Shown here one piece after another: positions 1-9,554 of a stretch of 64,000 nt of DNA. The notes below the pieces were generated by a model. It was not told where the DNA came from. It saw only the letters and a program-made list of their open reading frames with translations, and searched no databases. Source of the stretch: an uncultured Bacteroidales bacterium (GTDB lineage Bacteria > Bacteroidota > Bacteroidia > Bacteroidales > CAYRRV01); NCBI GenBank assembly GCA_964426725.1, contig CAYRRV010000009.1:15255-79254 (forward strand), read 5' to 3'. Numbering within the stretch: position 1 is the first letter of the stretch; each line of letters starts with the position of its first letter. Both the position numbers and the translations under genes were made by a program.

Positions 1-417
1 TTTTATCTTTTTTAATCCGTGGGCCCCGTCCCTGTTGGCCCCGGAAAGTATAATCCCGACAACTTTTTCCCTGTAATTAACCGAGGCACTCATGAAAGAG
101 AGATCGATCGATGGTCGGGAATGGTTAACTACTTCTTCAGTTGAAAGGGCGATTTTATTACCCAGTTCAATATACATATGATAATTGGCAGGGGCAAGGT
201 AGGCTTTACCAGGCTTAATCGTTTCTTTGTCAAATGGTTCTATCACGGGGATGTTTGATTTAATTGAAAGTGCTTCAACAAAACCCGATCGCACGTGTTT
301 TAAGCGATGCAAGCACAGGAAAACAGGTAAAGGAAATGGATTGGGTAATGAACTCAGTATTTTAGTCACTACCTGAAAACTACCTGCTGAACCTCCTATA
401 ATCACTGCTTTAAACAC
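1..417 (-). CDS. cheB: CheB-type methylesterase, catalytic domain only (no receiver domain); 3' end runs off the window
   Basis: Not in the ORF track. Hand translation from GTG at 417: VFKAVIIGGSAGSFQVV...LCLHR...YLAPANYHM...HSRPSIDLSF...GIILSGANRDGAHG, which contains the Ser-His-Asp triad of CheB. Confidence 0.9.
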   Translation of the reverse strand, partial: MFKAVIIGGSAGSFQVVTKILSSLPNPFPLPVFLCLHRLKHVRSGFVEALSIKSNIPVIEPFDKETIKPGKAYLAPANYHMYIELGNKIALSTEEVVNHSRPSIDLSFMSASVNYREKVVGIILSGANRDGAHGLKKIK

Positions 418-423
418 TTCTAA

Positions 424-1248
424 TTACCTTTTTTGATATATACTTTCGTTGTCTTCTATCAGGTTAAACATTCTTCCTTCCTGACCGGGCGGGAGCTTCT
501 CCATGATTCCTGTTGCCAGGAGCCCCCCTGGCACCATGCTCCCGTGAATAATTTTCAATACATTGTCAGACAAGGTCTGATTATAATAAATCATCTGATT
601 CCTGAACAAAACCATGTGTATGTTGTCAGGAGAATTATCAAAAATAATATTTTGTTTTCTAAAAATTACATTTTTAATAAGAGAGTCATCCCTGTAGAGA
701 TAATCATTTTTTTGAGTGAAGTAAGATGATAAATAGTTATCACCCTGGTAGCGGGTATAATTTTCCTCGCTGATTTCTAATTTAGCGGATTTAAAAATGC
801 CTTTTTTTACTTCTTCAACAGACATTTCACTAAAAAAAGAAGCATGAATCTCGGTATTATTGGTAATTCCCAGTTCTTTAACTGTAATTGCAAGGGTGTA
901 TAATTCCTCCCCGGTCACGCAAACAGGGATCCAAATCTTGATTTTACCGTATTTCTTCAAGTAAGCCGGCAGGTACTTATCCCTTAATAATCGCCAAAGA
1001 GAAGGATCCCTGAACATCTCGGTTGAATCAACGTAAAGATCATAGAGGAATTTATCGAAGAATCCCGAATCATTTTTAAGTTTTAGTATCAGACCGTCCG
1101 GGTGAGAAACATTATTGATATGCATCAGTCGTTCCAGTCTTCTTCTGAAGCTGGTCAGGGCATAATTTGAAAAATCATATCCATACAGTTCTTTTACCGC
1201 GTTTACAATATTCCGGGTGTCTGTTATGCCTAATTCAGGAGTTCCCAT
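424..1248 (-). CDS. cheR: CheR-family protein-glutamate O-methyltransferase, degenerate SAM-binding motifs
   Basis: YGYDFSNYA..SFRRR, STEMFRDP, KIWIPVCVTGEELYTLA, LFRNQMIYY, PGGLLATG. Confidence 0.85.
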   Translation of the reverse strand: MGTPELGITDTRNIVNAVKELYGYDFSNYALTSFRRRLERLMHINNVSHPDGLILKLKNDSGFFDKFLYDLYVDSTEMFRDPSLWRLLRDKYLPAYLKKYGKIKIWIPVCVTGEELYTLAITVKELGITNNTEIHASFFSEMSVEEVKKGIFKSAKLEISEENYTRYQGDNYLSSYFTQKNDYLYRDDSLIKNVIFRKQNIIFDNSPDNIHMVLFRNQMIYYNQTLSDNVLKIIHGSMVPGGLLATGIMEKLPPGQEGRMFNLIEDNESIYQKR

Positions 1249-1254
1249 CTTGCA

Positions 1255-3960
1255 CTATTTTCCCTTTTTGTCACTTAGTTTTTTCTTCAGGTTTTCAATT
1301 TCCAGGTTTGCTTCTTCCAACATTTTATATCGTTGTTTCTTTTCTGTAATGTCCTGTGCCAGGTAATATACTTTATAAAGGTTTCCATCTTCGTCAATTA
1401 CCGGATTGAAATTTGACATGAGCCAGATTTCCCTGCCATCTTTCCGTGTTCTTTTCACGACCCCCTTGAAAGATTTTCCTTCATGGAGTTTTTTCCAAAT
1501 ATTTTCAAATTCTTCTCTTTCATCATCAGCCAGCAGGGTGATGTATTTGATCCCGGGTAAGTCAGCAGGTTTTAAACCAGTAGCATGCACGAAATTGTCG
1601 TTCACAACTGTAATCACGCCTTCTTGGTCTAACTCACACTTAATAAGGGAGTTGTCTACTGCTTCCATGATGGAATTCAATTCTATATTTTTTCTGGCCA
1701 GTTCGATTGCCTGGTTTTTCATGGATTCCTCACTTTGCTTGGTTTCTGTAATATCTGAAGCCATGGTGAGTATCTTGTAAGGAATACCCGAGGTATCAAA
1801 AATAGGTGAAAAATGTTCTTTCAGCCAAATGTTTGTACCCGATGCAAGCCTGATCTTATCAGTTTTTATGATTGATTTGCCGGCGGCCAAATCTTCCCAC
1901 ATTTTTCGGTATGATGCATCGCTGCTTTCAATTCCCGCGAAGTACGCGTAATCCTTTCCAATCAGCGTGTTTTCTGTTGTATCCAGCAACTCGAGAAGCT
2001 TGCTGTTTACTTTTATGATTTTACCTTTCATATCGAACTCGATGAATAGTGAGGCAGTATCAATGGCATTCAATATTCCTGATATTTCATTTTCCCGCCG
2101 GGCAGATTCCTCCTGCGTGGCTTGCAGTTCCTCCATGTTTTGCCTCATTTCTTCTTCCTGCTCAGTCATTTCCTGCGCTTGTTTCTGTGATTGCTCAAGC
2201 AATTTAGCTGTTTGTTCATTTATTTTCACGGCGTTAATTGTAGAAGCAATACTTGAGGCGATTTTTTCAGCAAATTCGATCTCATGGGGTTGGAATTTAT
2301 TAAACGAAGCCATTTCAATAACGCCAAGTACTTCATCCTCCAGTTTAAGAGGAAGAATGAGTATACAGTTGGGGGTTGCTTCTCCTAAACCAGATGTGAT
2401 GGTTATATAATCTTCCGGGATCTCGGTTAACATGAGGGTGTCTTTTTCAATCATGCAGGTACCAATAAGCCCTTCCCCGGGCAGGATTCTTTTCTCCGTG
2501 TATTTTTTCTTGTTATAGGCAAAAGCTGAAACAAGATCCAAAACTTTTTCTGCATCATCATTTTCATTGACAATGAAAATACCTCCCTGGTTAGCATCGA
2601 GATAGTTGATCATGTTTTGGATAATATTATCGCAAAGCAGGGTGATATTATCATTGTTTTGTCTCAGTATTTCACCAAATTTTGCCAGTCCCTCGTTGGA
2701 CCATCTACGCTTACGATCTTCAGCCTGGTACTTTTCTTCTTCTTCCTTGGCTAGTTGAAGGCTTTTTTCCATTTCGATAAGTGAATTTCCCAGCAAATCT
2801 TCGTCACCCAATGGCTTGTATGAAGCGGAAAGATTTCCCTTCCCGATATTTTTGGCAAATTCGGCTTTCTTCCTGAGATCTTCAACGAAATTCATTAATA
2901 GCTGATTAATAGTTGAAATTTCATCGTTGCCCCTGAGTTCAATTTTCTCTGGCAGGTAGCCCTTGATGAGTTTCCGGATATATTCAGTAACACTTTTTAT
3001 GGATGATTCAAAGTTATACAACAAGTAAAACAAGTAAGCAATTATAATGATCGATGCAATGACCAGTAAAATAATGAGGTTATTGACTGATTTACTAATA
3101 TTATCGTCTATTATCGCGTTTAGTTTTACATTAATTTGGTTTAGTTTTTTTTCCAGTTGCCCGCTTGAATTTTCCAACCTTGTTGCCAGTCGGGTTTGAT
3201 CGCCCGTTTGTCCCGTGTTTTCTTCAGCGGAAATAAGGTTGGAAACAGCAACCTTGTAATCATTCAGGTAACCGGTTAATTCAGAAATTTGAACATCGTC
3301 AAATTCCTGCAGTGATTCGGCCATTCCCATGCCAATGAATTCTATAGCTTCATCAATTCGCCTGGTTATTGCCTGCAGGTGTTCTGGTTCTTCTGTAGAA
3401 AAATAAATGGATTCAAGGGATTTAATATTAGCAACCAGATTCAATGCATAATTATTATTCAGAAGACTAATGAAGTTTTTAAGCGTGTTTGAGGATTCGA
3501 GCATATCTTCAATCGCACCGGTTTTTTTGTTTCCTTTGATGGCGATTTTTTTGCTAAAATCAAGCACCATCGTGCTGTATTCTTCCTGGAGGTCGGCTAT
3601 TTCCTGAAGACCGGCAGCTATTTCTTCCTGTTGGATTGTTTTAATATTCTTAAGATATGCTATGTTTTTATTGTTCTCCAGGAGGATGGTATCAATTTGT
3701 TCTTCAATGAAATTATCCTTTTTGTTGAAGAAGTCCGGGCGATTATAATTAGCCAGGATTTCATTTGACAGGGACTTCAACCTGAATGAATTGGATATCA
3801 ATTCCTTATTTGTGGTTTGCAATTGGTGATAATGATTAATTCGTTTTAGTGAATTCACCGTGATTATCCCTATGAGAAAACAGAACAAAATAATAATCCC
3901 GGTAAGCAGGGAAATCTTGTCCTTAATTGTTAAGTTTAATTTTCTCATTTTTACATTCAT
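1255..3960 (-). CDS. Membrane sensor: TM-periplasmic helical domain-TM-HAMP-GAF-coiled coil-2x PAS/PAC, no output domain
   Basis: Two hydrophobic segments, HAMP-like GNDEIS, GAF motif GEGLIG...LPLK...GVIEMAS, QEEEMRQNMEELQATQEE coil, two PAS/PAC repeats ending in DITE. Confidence 0.85.
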   Translation of the reverse strand: MNVKMRKLNLTIKDKISLLTGIIILFCFLIGIITVNSLKRINHYHQLQTTNKELISNSFRLKSLSNEILANYNRPDFFNKKDNFIEEQIDTILLENNKNIAYLKNIKTIQQEEIAAGLQEIADLQEEYSTMVLDFSKKIAIKGNKKTGAIEDMLESSNTLKNFISLLNNNYALNLVANIKSLESIYFSTEEPEHLQAITRRIDEAIEFIGMGMAESLQEFDDVQISELTGYLNDYKVAVSNLISAEENTGQTGDQTRLATRLENSSGQLEKKLNQINVKLNAIIDDNISKSVNNLIILLVIASIIIIAYLFYLLYNFESSIKSVTEYIRKLIKGYLPEKIELRGNDEISTINQLLMNFVEDLRKKAEFAKNIGKGNLSASYKPLGDEDLLGNSLIEMEKSLQLAKEEEEKYQAEDRKRRWSNEGLAKFGEILRQNNDNITLLCDNIIQNMINYLDANQGGIFIVNENDDAEKVLDLVSAFAYNKKKYTEKRILPGEGLIGTCMIEKDTLMLTEIPEDYITITSGLGEATPNCILILPLKLEDEVLGVIEMASFNKFQPHEIEFAEKIASSIASTINAVKINEQTAKLLEQSQKQAQEMTEQEEEMRQNMEELQATQEESARRENEISGILNAIDTASLFIEFDMKGKIIKVNSKLLELLDTTENTLIGKDYAYFAGIESSDASYRKMWEDLAAGKSIIKTDKIRLASGTNIWLKEHFSPIFDTSGIPYKILTMASDITETKQSEESMKNQAIELARKNIELNSIMEAVDNSLIKCELDQEGVITVVNDNFVHATGLKPADLPGIKYITLLADDEREEFENIWKKLHEGKSFKGVVKRTRKDGREIWLMSNFNPVIDEDGNLYKVYYLAQDITEKKQRYKMLEEANLEIENLKKKLSDKKGK

Positions 3961-3967
3961 AACCTCG

Positions 3968-4810
3968 TTATTGTTTTTTAATATATGCTTGCTCTTTTTT
4001 AGTAAAATTAGCCGTGTAAGGTCCGAGAATGGTCTCGTGTAATCCTAAAATAAGTGATCCTCCCGGGTATAGATTTTTATTAAATAAATCAAATACATTA
4101 TTCTGGAGGTCGTAATTAAAATAAATAATTACATTTCTGCAAAGAATAATATCAAATTTAATATAAAAGATGTTATCATCCTTTACAAGATCATGTTTTC
4201 TGAACACTGGTTTTTCAATGAGAAACTGGTTCATCCTGATAATGTCCCGGGTTTTGTCAATAGAAAAATATTTCTCGTACGAAATATCATTATAATCATC
4301 ATAATTATAGGGATTTTCCTTGATTACCTTGTCAAAATTATCAAGATATCCTATGTTAAACCTGTATTTGTATTCTCCCCTGGCAGCTGCTAAAAGCACG
4401 TCTGTATTGATATCCGTTCCAAAAACCTTGGTCTTGTGAAGTAAATTGAGCTCGTTAAGCAGGATGAGCATGCTGTAGACTTCCTGACCCGTGGAGCAGC
4501 CCGCGTGCCAGATGTTGATTACAGGATTGTCTTTATACAGCGGGAGAATTTTGTAGCGAAGTGTGTGCCATACCTGCGGATCACGAAATAATTCGGTGGT
4601 ATTTACAGTAATGTCCTTAACAATTTTCTCGACGAAATCCGAATCTTTTTTAATTTTAAGACAAAGGCCCTTAATGTCCATTTTGTTATCAGCCAACACT
4701 TTAGCCAGCCTTCTCCTGAGGGATTTTTCTGAATACTGACTGAAATCATATTCAGAAGCAGTCTTTATCGTTGAAATAAAAAAATCTATATCCTGTTCCG
4801 TGACATTCAT
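3968..4810 (-). CDS. cheR: CheR-family protein-glutamate O-methyltransferase (canonical motifs)
   Basis: YDFSQYS..SLRRR, TVNTTELFRDP, IWHAGCSTGQEVYSM, GTDIN, ILCRNVIIYF, LGLHE. Confidence 0.92.
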   Translation of the reverse strand: MNVTEQDIDFFISTIKTASEYDFSQYSEKSLRRRLAKVLADNKMDIKGLCLKIKKDSDFVEKIVKDITVNTTELFRDPQVWHTLRYKILPLYKDNPVINIWHAGCSTGQEVYSMLILLNELNLLHKTKVFGTDINTDVLLAAARGEYKYRFNIGYLDNFDKVIKENPYNYDDYNDISYEKYFSIDKTRDIIRMNQFLIEKPVFRKHDLVKDDNIFYIKFDIILCRNVIIYFNYDLQNNVFDLFNKNLYPGGSLILGLHETILGPYTANFTKKEQAYIKKQ

Positions 4811-4861
4811 ATCCTTCTACTGTGGTAAAAAAGTCCCCTTTAGCCGGTTTAGAATAACTGC

Positions 4862-4869
4862 CAAATTTA
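4862..4869 (-). promoter_or_regulatory. Bacteroidota primary-sigma -7 element (TAAATTTG) upstream of the cheR-sensor-cheR-cheB block
   Basis: Exact TAnnTTTG match about 50 nt upstream of the cheR start. Confidence 0.5.
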
Positions 4870-5005
4870 AATAAAACCTTTCAATAAAAATCAAGGATTA
4901 AATATATTCAATATTTGAGTGATTTCCAATCCGGCAAAATGAATTACTGACCTCTTTTAGGTGATTTTCCTCACCTTATTGATATTTGATGTTTATTTAT
5001 TTAGC

Positions 5006-6091
5006 TTATTTATGTTGATTTTGCTTGTTTTTCTGGCCAAAATGAAATTGTAACCATCTTGGTAAAATGATAACACCCATCAGCAGGTAGGGGTAATAAC
5101 TAATAATTCTCCACATGAAAGCCATGGCCACGATAATCGCTCCTGATGTTACGGGAGATGCAGGTATAAATTCCCCGAGATACCGTGAAAAAACAAATTC
5201 AGCGAATCCGCTGCCTCCTGGTGTGGGGCTAACCAGCATTATGATCCACATGACCAGTTGCCGGGCAAAAATAAGGAAATGATCCGACACTACGAAGAAA
5301 GCAGCCAACATGGCATTGGCCACCCAATATCTTGATGTCCAGGAAAAAACGGTAGCCATGAATGCTTTAAACCAAAACAGGAAAGGCTTTCTCCTTAATT
5401 CTCTGGAACTGGTTATAATTTCGGTTCCTGCATCATTGGCTCCATGACGCCATCTTCGTAAAACGGGCAACTTGAATAACCAGAGCAACAAGAATTTTAA
5501 ACCTCTTGGATTGATAAACAGGCCGTAGCTTACAAAAAGGGTATAGATGAATTTAACAAGATACCCGATGGCGGCAAAAAGAAAAAACTCGCTGGTAAAG
5601 AATGGAGAATCGGAACCTTCCACGATAAACAGGTCTGAAGGATTCAGAAAAAGCACCAGTAAAGGGAAAAGGAGGATAAAATATAATTCATCAAGAAAGG
5701 ATGTGGCCATAACTACGGCACTGCTTTTACCCAGGCTGAGTCCTTCCTTGTTAACGTAAAGAATGGCTAAACTGGTCCCCCCGATAGCAGATGGTGTAAT
5801 GGCAGAAGTGAATTCCCAAAGCATGATAACCCGGAAAGATTTGTACCATGTTAAATCTTCACCGCTGAGTATTTTTAGGCGGATGATATAGCCTATATCC
5901 CGGCAAATCATCAAAAGAAAAGCAATGAAGAGAAAAAAAATGGAAGTCCAGGAAAAATCAATAATACTAAATGCCCCGGGTTCGTACTCGCGATAGAACA
6001 TGTAAAAAATAACAGCTATCCCGATCACGATCGGTAACGCGACGCGGTTAAATTTAATTTTCCTAAAAGGCACTGGACTATCCTTCACCAT
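5006..6091 (-). CDS. Lysylphosphatidylglycerol synthase TM-domain / flippase-like (UPF0104) membrane protein
   Basis: Multi-TM protein with ITPSAIGG, SPTPGGSGFAE and WRIISYY motifs. Confidence 0.8.
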   Translation of the reverse strand: MVKDSPVPFRKIKFNRVALPIVIGIAVIFYMFYREYEPGAFSIIDFSWTSIFFLFIAFLLMICRDIGYIIRLKILSGEDLTWYKSFRVIMLWEFTSAITPSAIGGTSLAILYVNKEGLSLGKSSAVVMATSFLDELYFILLFPLLVLFLNPSDLFIVEGSDSPFFTSEFFLFAAIGYLVKFIYTLFVSYGLFINPRGLKFLLLWLFKLPVLRRWRHGANDAGTEIITSSRELRRKPFLFWFKAFMATVFSWTSRYWVANAMLAAFFVVSDHFLIFARQLVMWIIMLVSPTPGGSGFAEFVFSRYLGEFIPASPVTSGAIIVAMAFMWRIISYYPYLLMGVIILPRWLQFHFGQKNKQNQHK

Positions 6092-6268
6092 CCCTCAAAA
6101 TTATTAAATATTCACTTTTTAAAGCAAACAGATTGTTAATTTTGAATCATTCTATCTTAAGTTTTAATCTTATTGTATATGTTGAATCAAAATTAATACT
6201 TTGTTTTTCACGGGCCAATTCATTATTTTTACTTTTATTGATCATTATTTCATGTAATAATAATTGTT

Positions 6269-6886
6269 ATGGAGTTCAGAAAAGTTGTTGAAAGCAGAAC
6301 AAGCATAAGAAATTTTAAAAGTGATAAAGTACCCGTGGAAGATATAAAGGAGTTGGTAAGAATTGCTTCCATGGCGCCGAGTATAAATAATTTTCAACCA
6401 TGGAAATTTATAGCCATCACAAATAGGGATATTCTCAAGAACATGTCTGAAGCTGTTTCCCGGAAAATTCAGTCGTTACCATCCTCAAAATCCCGGGCAT
6501 CGAAAAACGTGAAGTCTCAGGTTGAATGGTTTTCTACCTTTTTTAGTGAAGCTCCTCTTGTTATTGCTGTTATCATGGAAGATTACGAGTCGATTCTGGA
6601 GAAAGGGGTCGGGCTTTCACATGATGATATCAATAAAGCACGAAACTATCCTGATATTCAAAGCGCGGGAGCATGTATTGAGAATATGTTGCTGGGAGCG
6701 GTCGACATGGGATACGGGGGTTGTTGGCTTAGTGCCCCCATGGTGGCATCTGAAGAAATATCAGAGATGCTTAAAATTGAAAAGCCATACCGTGTAATCG
6801 CTTTTGTTGCCATTGGTAAACCTGCCGGGGACCCGCGACCGAGAGAGAAAAAGGAAGTTTCAGACCTGCTTGGTTTTATTGATTGA
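6269..6886 (+). CDS. Nitroreductase family protein
   Basis: RTSIRNF, APSINNFQPWKF, ENMLLGAVDMGYGGCW, VAIGKP. Confidence 0.9.
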   Translation: MEFRKVVESRTSIRNFKSDKVPVEDIKELVRIASMAPSINNFQPWKFIAITNRDILKNMSEAVSRKIQSLPSSKSRASKNVKSQVEWFSTFFSEAPLVIAVIMEDYESILEKGVGLSHDDINKARNYPDIQSAGACIENMLLGAVDMGYGGCWLSAPMVASEEISEMLKIEKPYRVIAFVAIGKPAGDPRPREKKEVSDLLGFID

Positions 6887-6892
6887 CATTAT

Positions 6893-7369
6893 TTAGCTAA
6901 AACAGGAAACAACCGTGAATTTATTCATGCCTTTTTTCCCGGTTACGATAGTATTACCACACCTTAACCAGGCATGAGCCTTGAGTTTTTTTGTATCATC
7001 TTTGGCCACGCCAAAATAGATGGTTGTGTCATGACCTAAAGTTTTTAACATTTTTTGGGCGATAATAGCCTCAACCATACACTTATTTTTCCAGGGAAGG
7101 TACCTGCCCGATCTTTTGATTGCTTTTGATACCTGACGCAGAGTGTTGTCCAGGCTACGGCAGTTCGCTCTTTCGGGAGTTTGCCGGTTGACTTTTCCCA
7201 ACCAACGTGCATACCATCGCATCGGCAAGAAACTAACCATGGGCTTTATGAGAATAGCGTAGCCCAGGGCCCTGAAAAAAAGTTTTTTTTCAATTCCCGA
7301 TAATGATTTCCAGGATGTGAATTTCCCCGGGATTCGTGTAAAATTATATGCAGAAAGATTATGTTCCAT
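6893..7369 (-). CDS. Lasso peptide biosynthesis B2 protein (transglutaminase-like leader peptidase)
   Basis: PWKNKCMVEA (catalytic Cys), IYFGV, KAHAWL (catalytic His); adjacent to a PqqD-like RRE. Confidence 0.88.
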   Translation of the reverse strand: MEHNLSAYNFTRIPGKFTSWKSLSGIEKKLFFRALGYAILIKPMVSFLPMRWYARWLGKVNRQTPERANCRSLDNTLRQVSKAIKRSGRYLPWKNKCMVEAIIAQKMLKTLGHDTTIYFGVAKDDTKKLKAHAWLRCGNTIVTGKKGMNKFTVVSCFS

Positions 7370-7386
7370 AATATGGAGTCGAAAAC

Positions 7387-7677
7387 TCAGTTATTGACAA
7401 CGATAAGGTCTTTTTCATGCAACTCTTTCAGGAAAGCAGTAACATCATCCCTGCAAGTAGTTTCCTCTACATCATATTCATCGGTCAGGGTCTGAATTAT
7501 ATCATTGAAATGAACCGGCTTTTCGAGGATTTGCCAAATTCTGCTGCCAATTTCATCCAGGCCATAATATTCTCCTTTATCAATATTCATCATTACCACT
7601 TCTTCATCCATTTTGCTGAAGAGCAATTCGGTTTTTCTTTGAATGATTGAATTTTTTGTCAGTTTTAGTTTTCCCAT
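7387..7677 (-). CDS. PqqD-family RiPP recognition element (lasso B1)
   Basis: 96 aa, MDEEVVMM..DKGEYYGLDEIGSRIW...EYDV....CRDDV..FL..L...LI pattern. Confidence 0.9.
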   Translation of the reverse strand: MGKLKLTKNSIIQRKTELLFSKMDEEVVMMNIDKGEYYGLDEIGSRIWQILEKPVHFNDIIQTLTDEYDVEETTCRDDVTAFLKELHEKDLIVVNN

Positions 7678-7707
7678 TAATTTTTCATTTTGATTACATC
7701 CAAGATC

Positions 7708-8577
7708 TCAGGTGCATATTTCTCCCTGATCATCGAGGTACCCATAACGTATCATGATTTCCCGGTTCGCGTCAACAATTTCCTTCACTACCTTGGGAGG
7801 GAGCAATTTTTTCCAGGTTCCTGTTTTTCCTTCCCTGAAAAAAGAGCTGGCCCCGGGTGCTTTTTCAAGGAAACCTGATTTATTTTCCTGTTTTTTTAAT
7901 TCTTCAAAACTACTGAATTCCAATGCTTTTTTTATCTTTTTCTTATCGTTTTCTAAACCAGCAAAACGAACCGCCTTGGTAAATGTTTCAACAGGGTTTT
8001 CTAACATATCCTCGAAGCGGACTACCTGGACAGGGAATTTATCCTGATCTGTCCAGCTTTTCACGTGATCACTCCAAGTTAAAAGCCTTTGCTCGAGTTG
8101 ATTGTGTAATTTTTCAGGTTTGTTGCAAAAGCTGTGTTCGGGATTGTTCATTCTCCTGCTCATGGTCTGAAAATCTGTCGCGGCATGATGAGCAAAGGAA
8201 ACACACACATCAAGAGGATTTCTTATGAAATACAGTGCCCCGAAGGTAACATCAGGTGGTACCAGTTCCTTGCCGGTTCCTGTTAGAATGTTGGCATCAT
8301 GTATCTTGTGATAAATCGTGTTTTCCGATGTTTCTGCAATATACCTGTATACCTCCGGACGAAGTGTTTCAATTTCGGAAGGGGATAGATCGGAGGATGA
8401 TAAACCGGTAGCCTCATCGAACATTTGTCGGCTGCTGGCGATGGTTGTCGGGTATAAATTATTGATATTGGCAGGTTTTTCATTTTTATCCAGTAAATTG
8501 GTAAGGAAAACCCTGAACCAGGTGTTGCCTGACTTGGGATAGGAGGCCAGCCATATGATTTTCCTGTTCTCAGCCAT
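7708..8577 (-). CDS. PAPS-dependent sulfotransferase
   Basis: 5'-PSB WLASYPKSGNTW, 3'-PB IRNPLDVCVS, C-terminal FFREGKTGTWK. Confidence 0.9.
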   Translation of the reverse strand: MAENRKIIWLASYPKSGNTWFRVFLTNLLDKNEKPANINNLYPTTIASSRQMFDEATGLSSSDLSPSEIETLRPEVYRYIAETSENTIYHKIHDANILTGTGKELVPPDVTFGALYFIRNPLDVCVSFAHHAATDFQTMSRRMNNPEHSFCNKPEKLHNQLEQRLLTWSDHVKSWTDQDKFPVQVVRFEDMLENPVETFTKAVRFAGLENDKKKIKKALEFSSFEELKKQENKSGFLEKAPGASSFFREGKTGTWKKLLPPKVVKEIVDANREIMIRYGYLDDQGEICT

Positions 8578-9508
8578 TATTTTTAATGTCCTTGAGAATT
8601 AAATCCCGCAACTCGTCGATCATGAAAGAACGATTTGTCCGGGTAATTTTCTTAACCTGCAATTTTCCTGCAATATCCGAGAGGTACATGAAGTGAAGTT
8701 TTTCTTGTTGTAAACCCCTAATGAAATTGTAACGATAGGTATTGTTTTTTAGCGCGTTAAATTTTTCTATTCCTCTCAGCCTTTTCAGTTCAATACCTTC
8801 TTTATTTGATGCGTTGAGTATATATATGGTTGTGAGTGGCACTTTTTCGTTGACGAATTTCGAGGTCACGTCAATCCGGTATTTTTCCAGCATTTTTCGC
8901 ACCCTGGGTAAGTTTTCGTCGTATTGTTCAAGTTTTTTTAAAGAATCTCTCCAGAGTTTCATCCTGGGATAACCGGGATGAATAAAGGGAGTCTTTTCGC
9001 GGATTTCAATTACTGAAACATCATCTGTAATGAGTGAATAACCTTTTTGAAGGAAGGCACCTGCCAATGTGCTTTTTCCGCTACCGGAAACACCAGAGAA
9101 AATAATACCATTATTATCAATGACAATCCCGCTGCCATGGAATGGTAGCAGTCCTCTTTGCATTATCAGCGCACCGAAGGCCGATCCAAGCATAAACAAA
9201 CGTATGTCTTCGTCATTGCTGTTGGGAAAAGGTTGTATGGTTATGGAATCTCCATTTTTTACATGATAACGGGCCACCAAATCTACTTTCAAAAGAAATT
9301 CTCCCGGGGCAGCCTGGAACCTCACTCCTTTCGACAAAGGACTTTCGAGAGAATCCGGAACTTTACCAAAAGAAATGCGGACATCAGGGATGCCCGATGA
9401 GAGTGGCAAATCAGGACACTCGAGTTCCGATTCAACGACCAATCCAAAAACCTTATAAATATACGTAGTCTTTCGATTCAACTTCAAGAGTTTCGTGATG
9501 CTCACCAA
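8570..9508 (-). CDS. HPr-kinase-like lasso peptide kinase (PadeK/PsmK-like)
   Basis: PFHGS, Walker A GVSGSGKST, ITDD, PGYPRMKLW; N-terminal YKVFGLVVES. Confidence 0.85.
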   Translation of the reverse strand: MVSITKLLKLNRKTTYIYKVFGLVVESELECPDLPLSSGIPDVRISFGKVPDSLESPLSKGVRFQAAPGEFLLKVDLVARYHVKNGDSITIQPFPNSNDEDIRLFMLGSAFGALIMQRGLLPFHGSGIVIDNNGIIFSGVSGSGKSTLAGAFLQKGYSLITDDVSVIEIREKTPFIHPGYPRMKLWRDSLKKLEQYDENLPRVRKMLEKYRIDVTSKFVNEKVPLTTIYILNASNKEGIELKRLRGIEKFNALKNNTYRYNFIRGLQQEKLHFMYLSDIAGKLQVKKITRTNRSFMIDELRDLILKDIKNNG

Positions 9509-9554
9509 AAATACTTATTTTTGAATTAGTATAAAATGTTTTTTCGAATGCAAG

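Noticed and set aside
6269-6886. Nitroreductase as a RiPP azoline oxidase belonging to the lasso-like cluster
   Set aside because: It is convergently transcribed, has generic nitroreductase motifs, and no YcaO is present. Adjacency alone is insufficient.
6092-9554. Lasso precursor peptide ORF near the B1/B2/kinase genes
   Set aside because: Gaps are only 6-46 nt or very AT-rich, and no ORF with a (Y/W)xxP..L..T leader was found there or in the other intergenic gaps I read.
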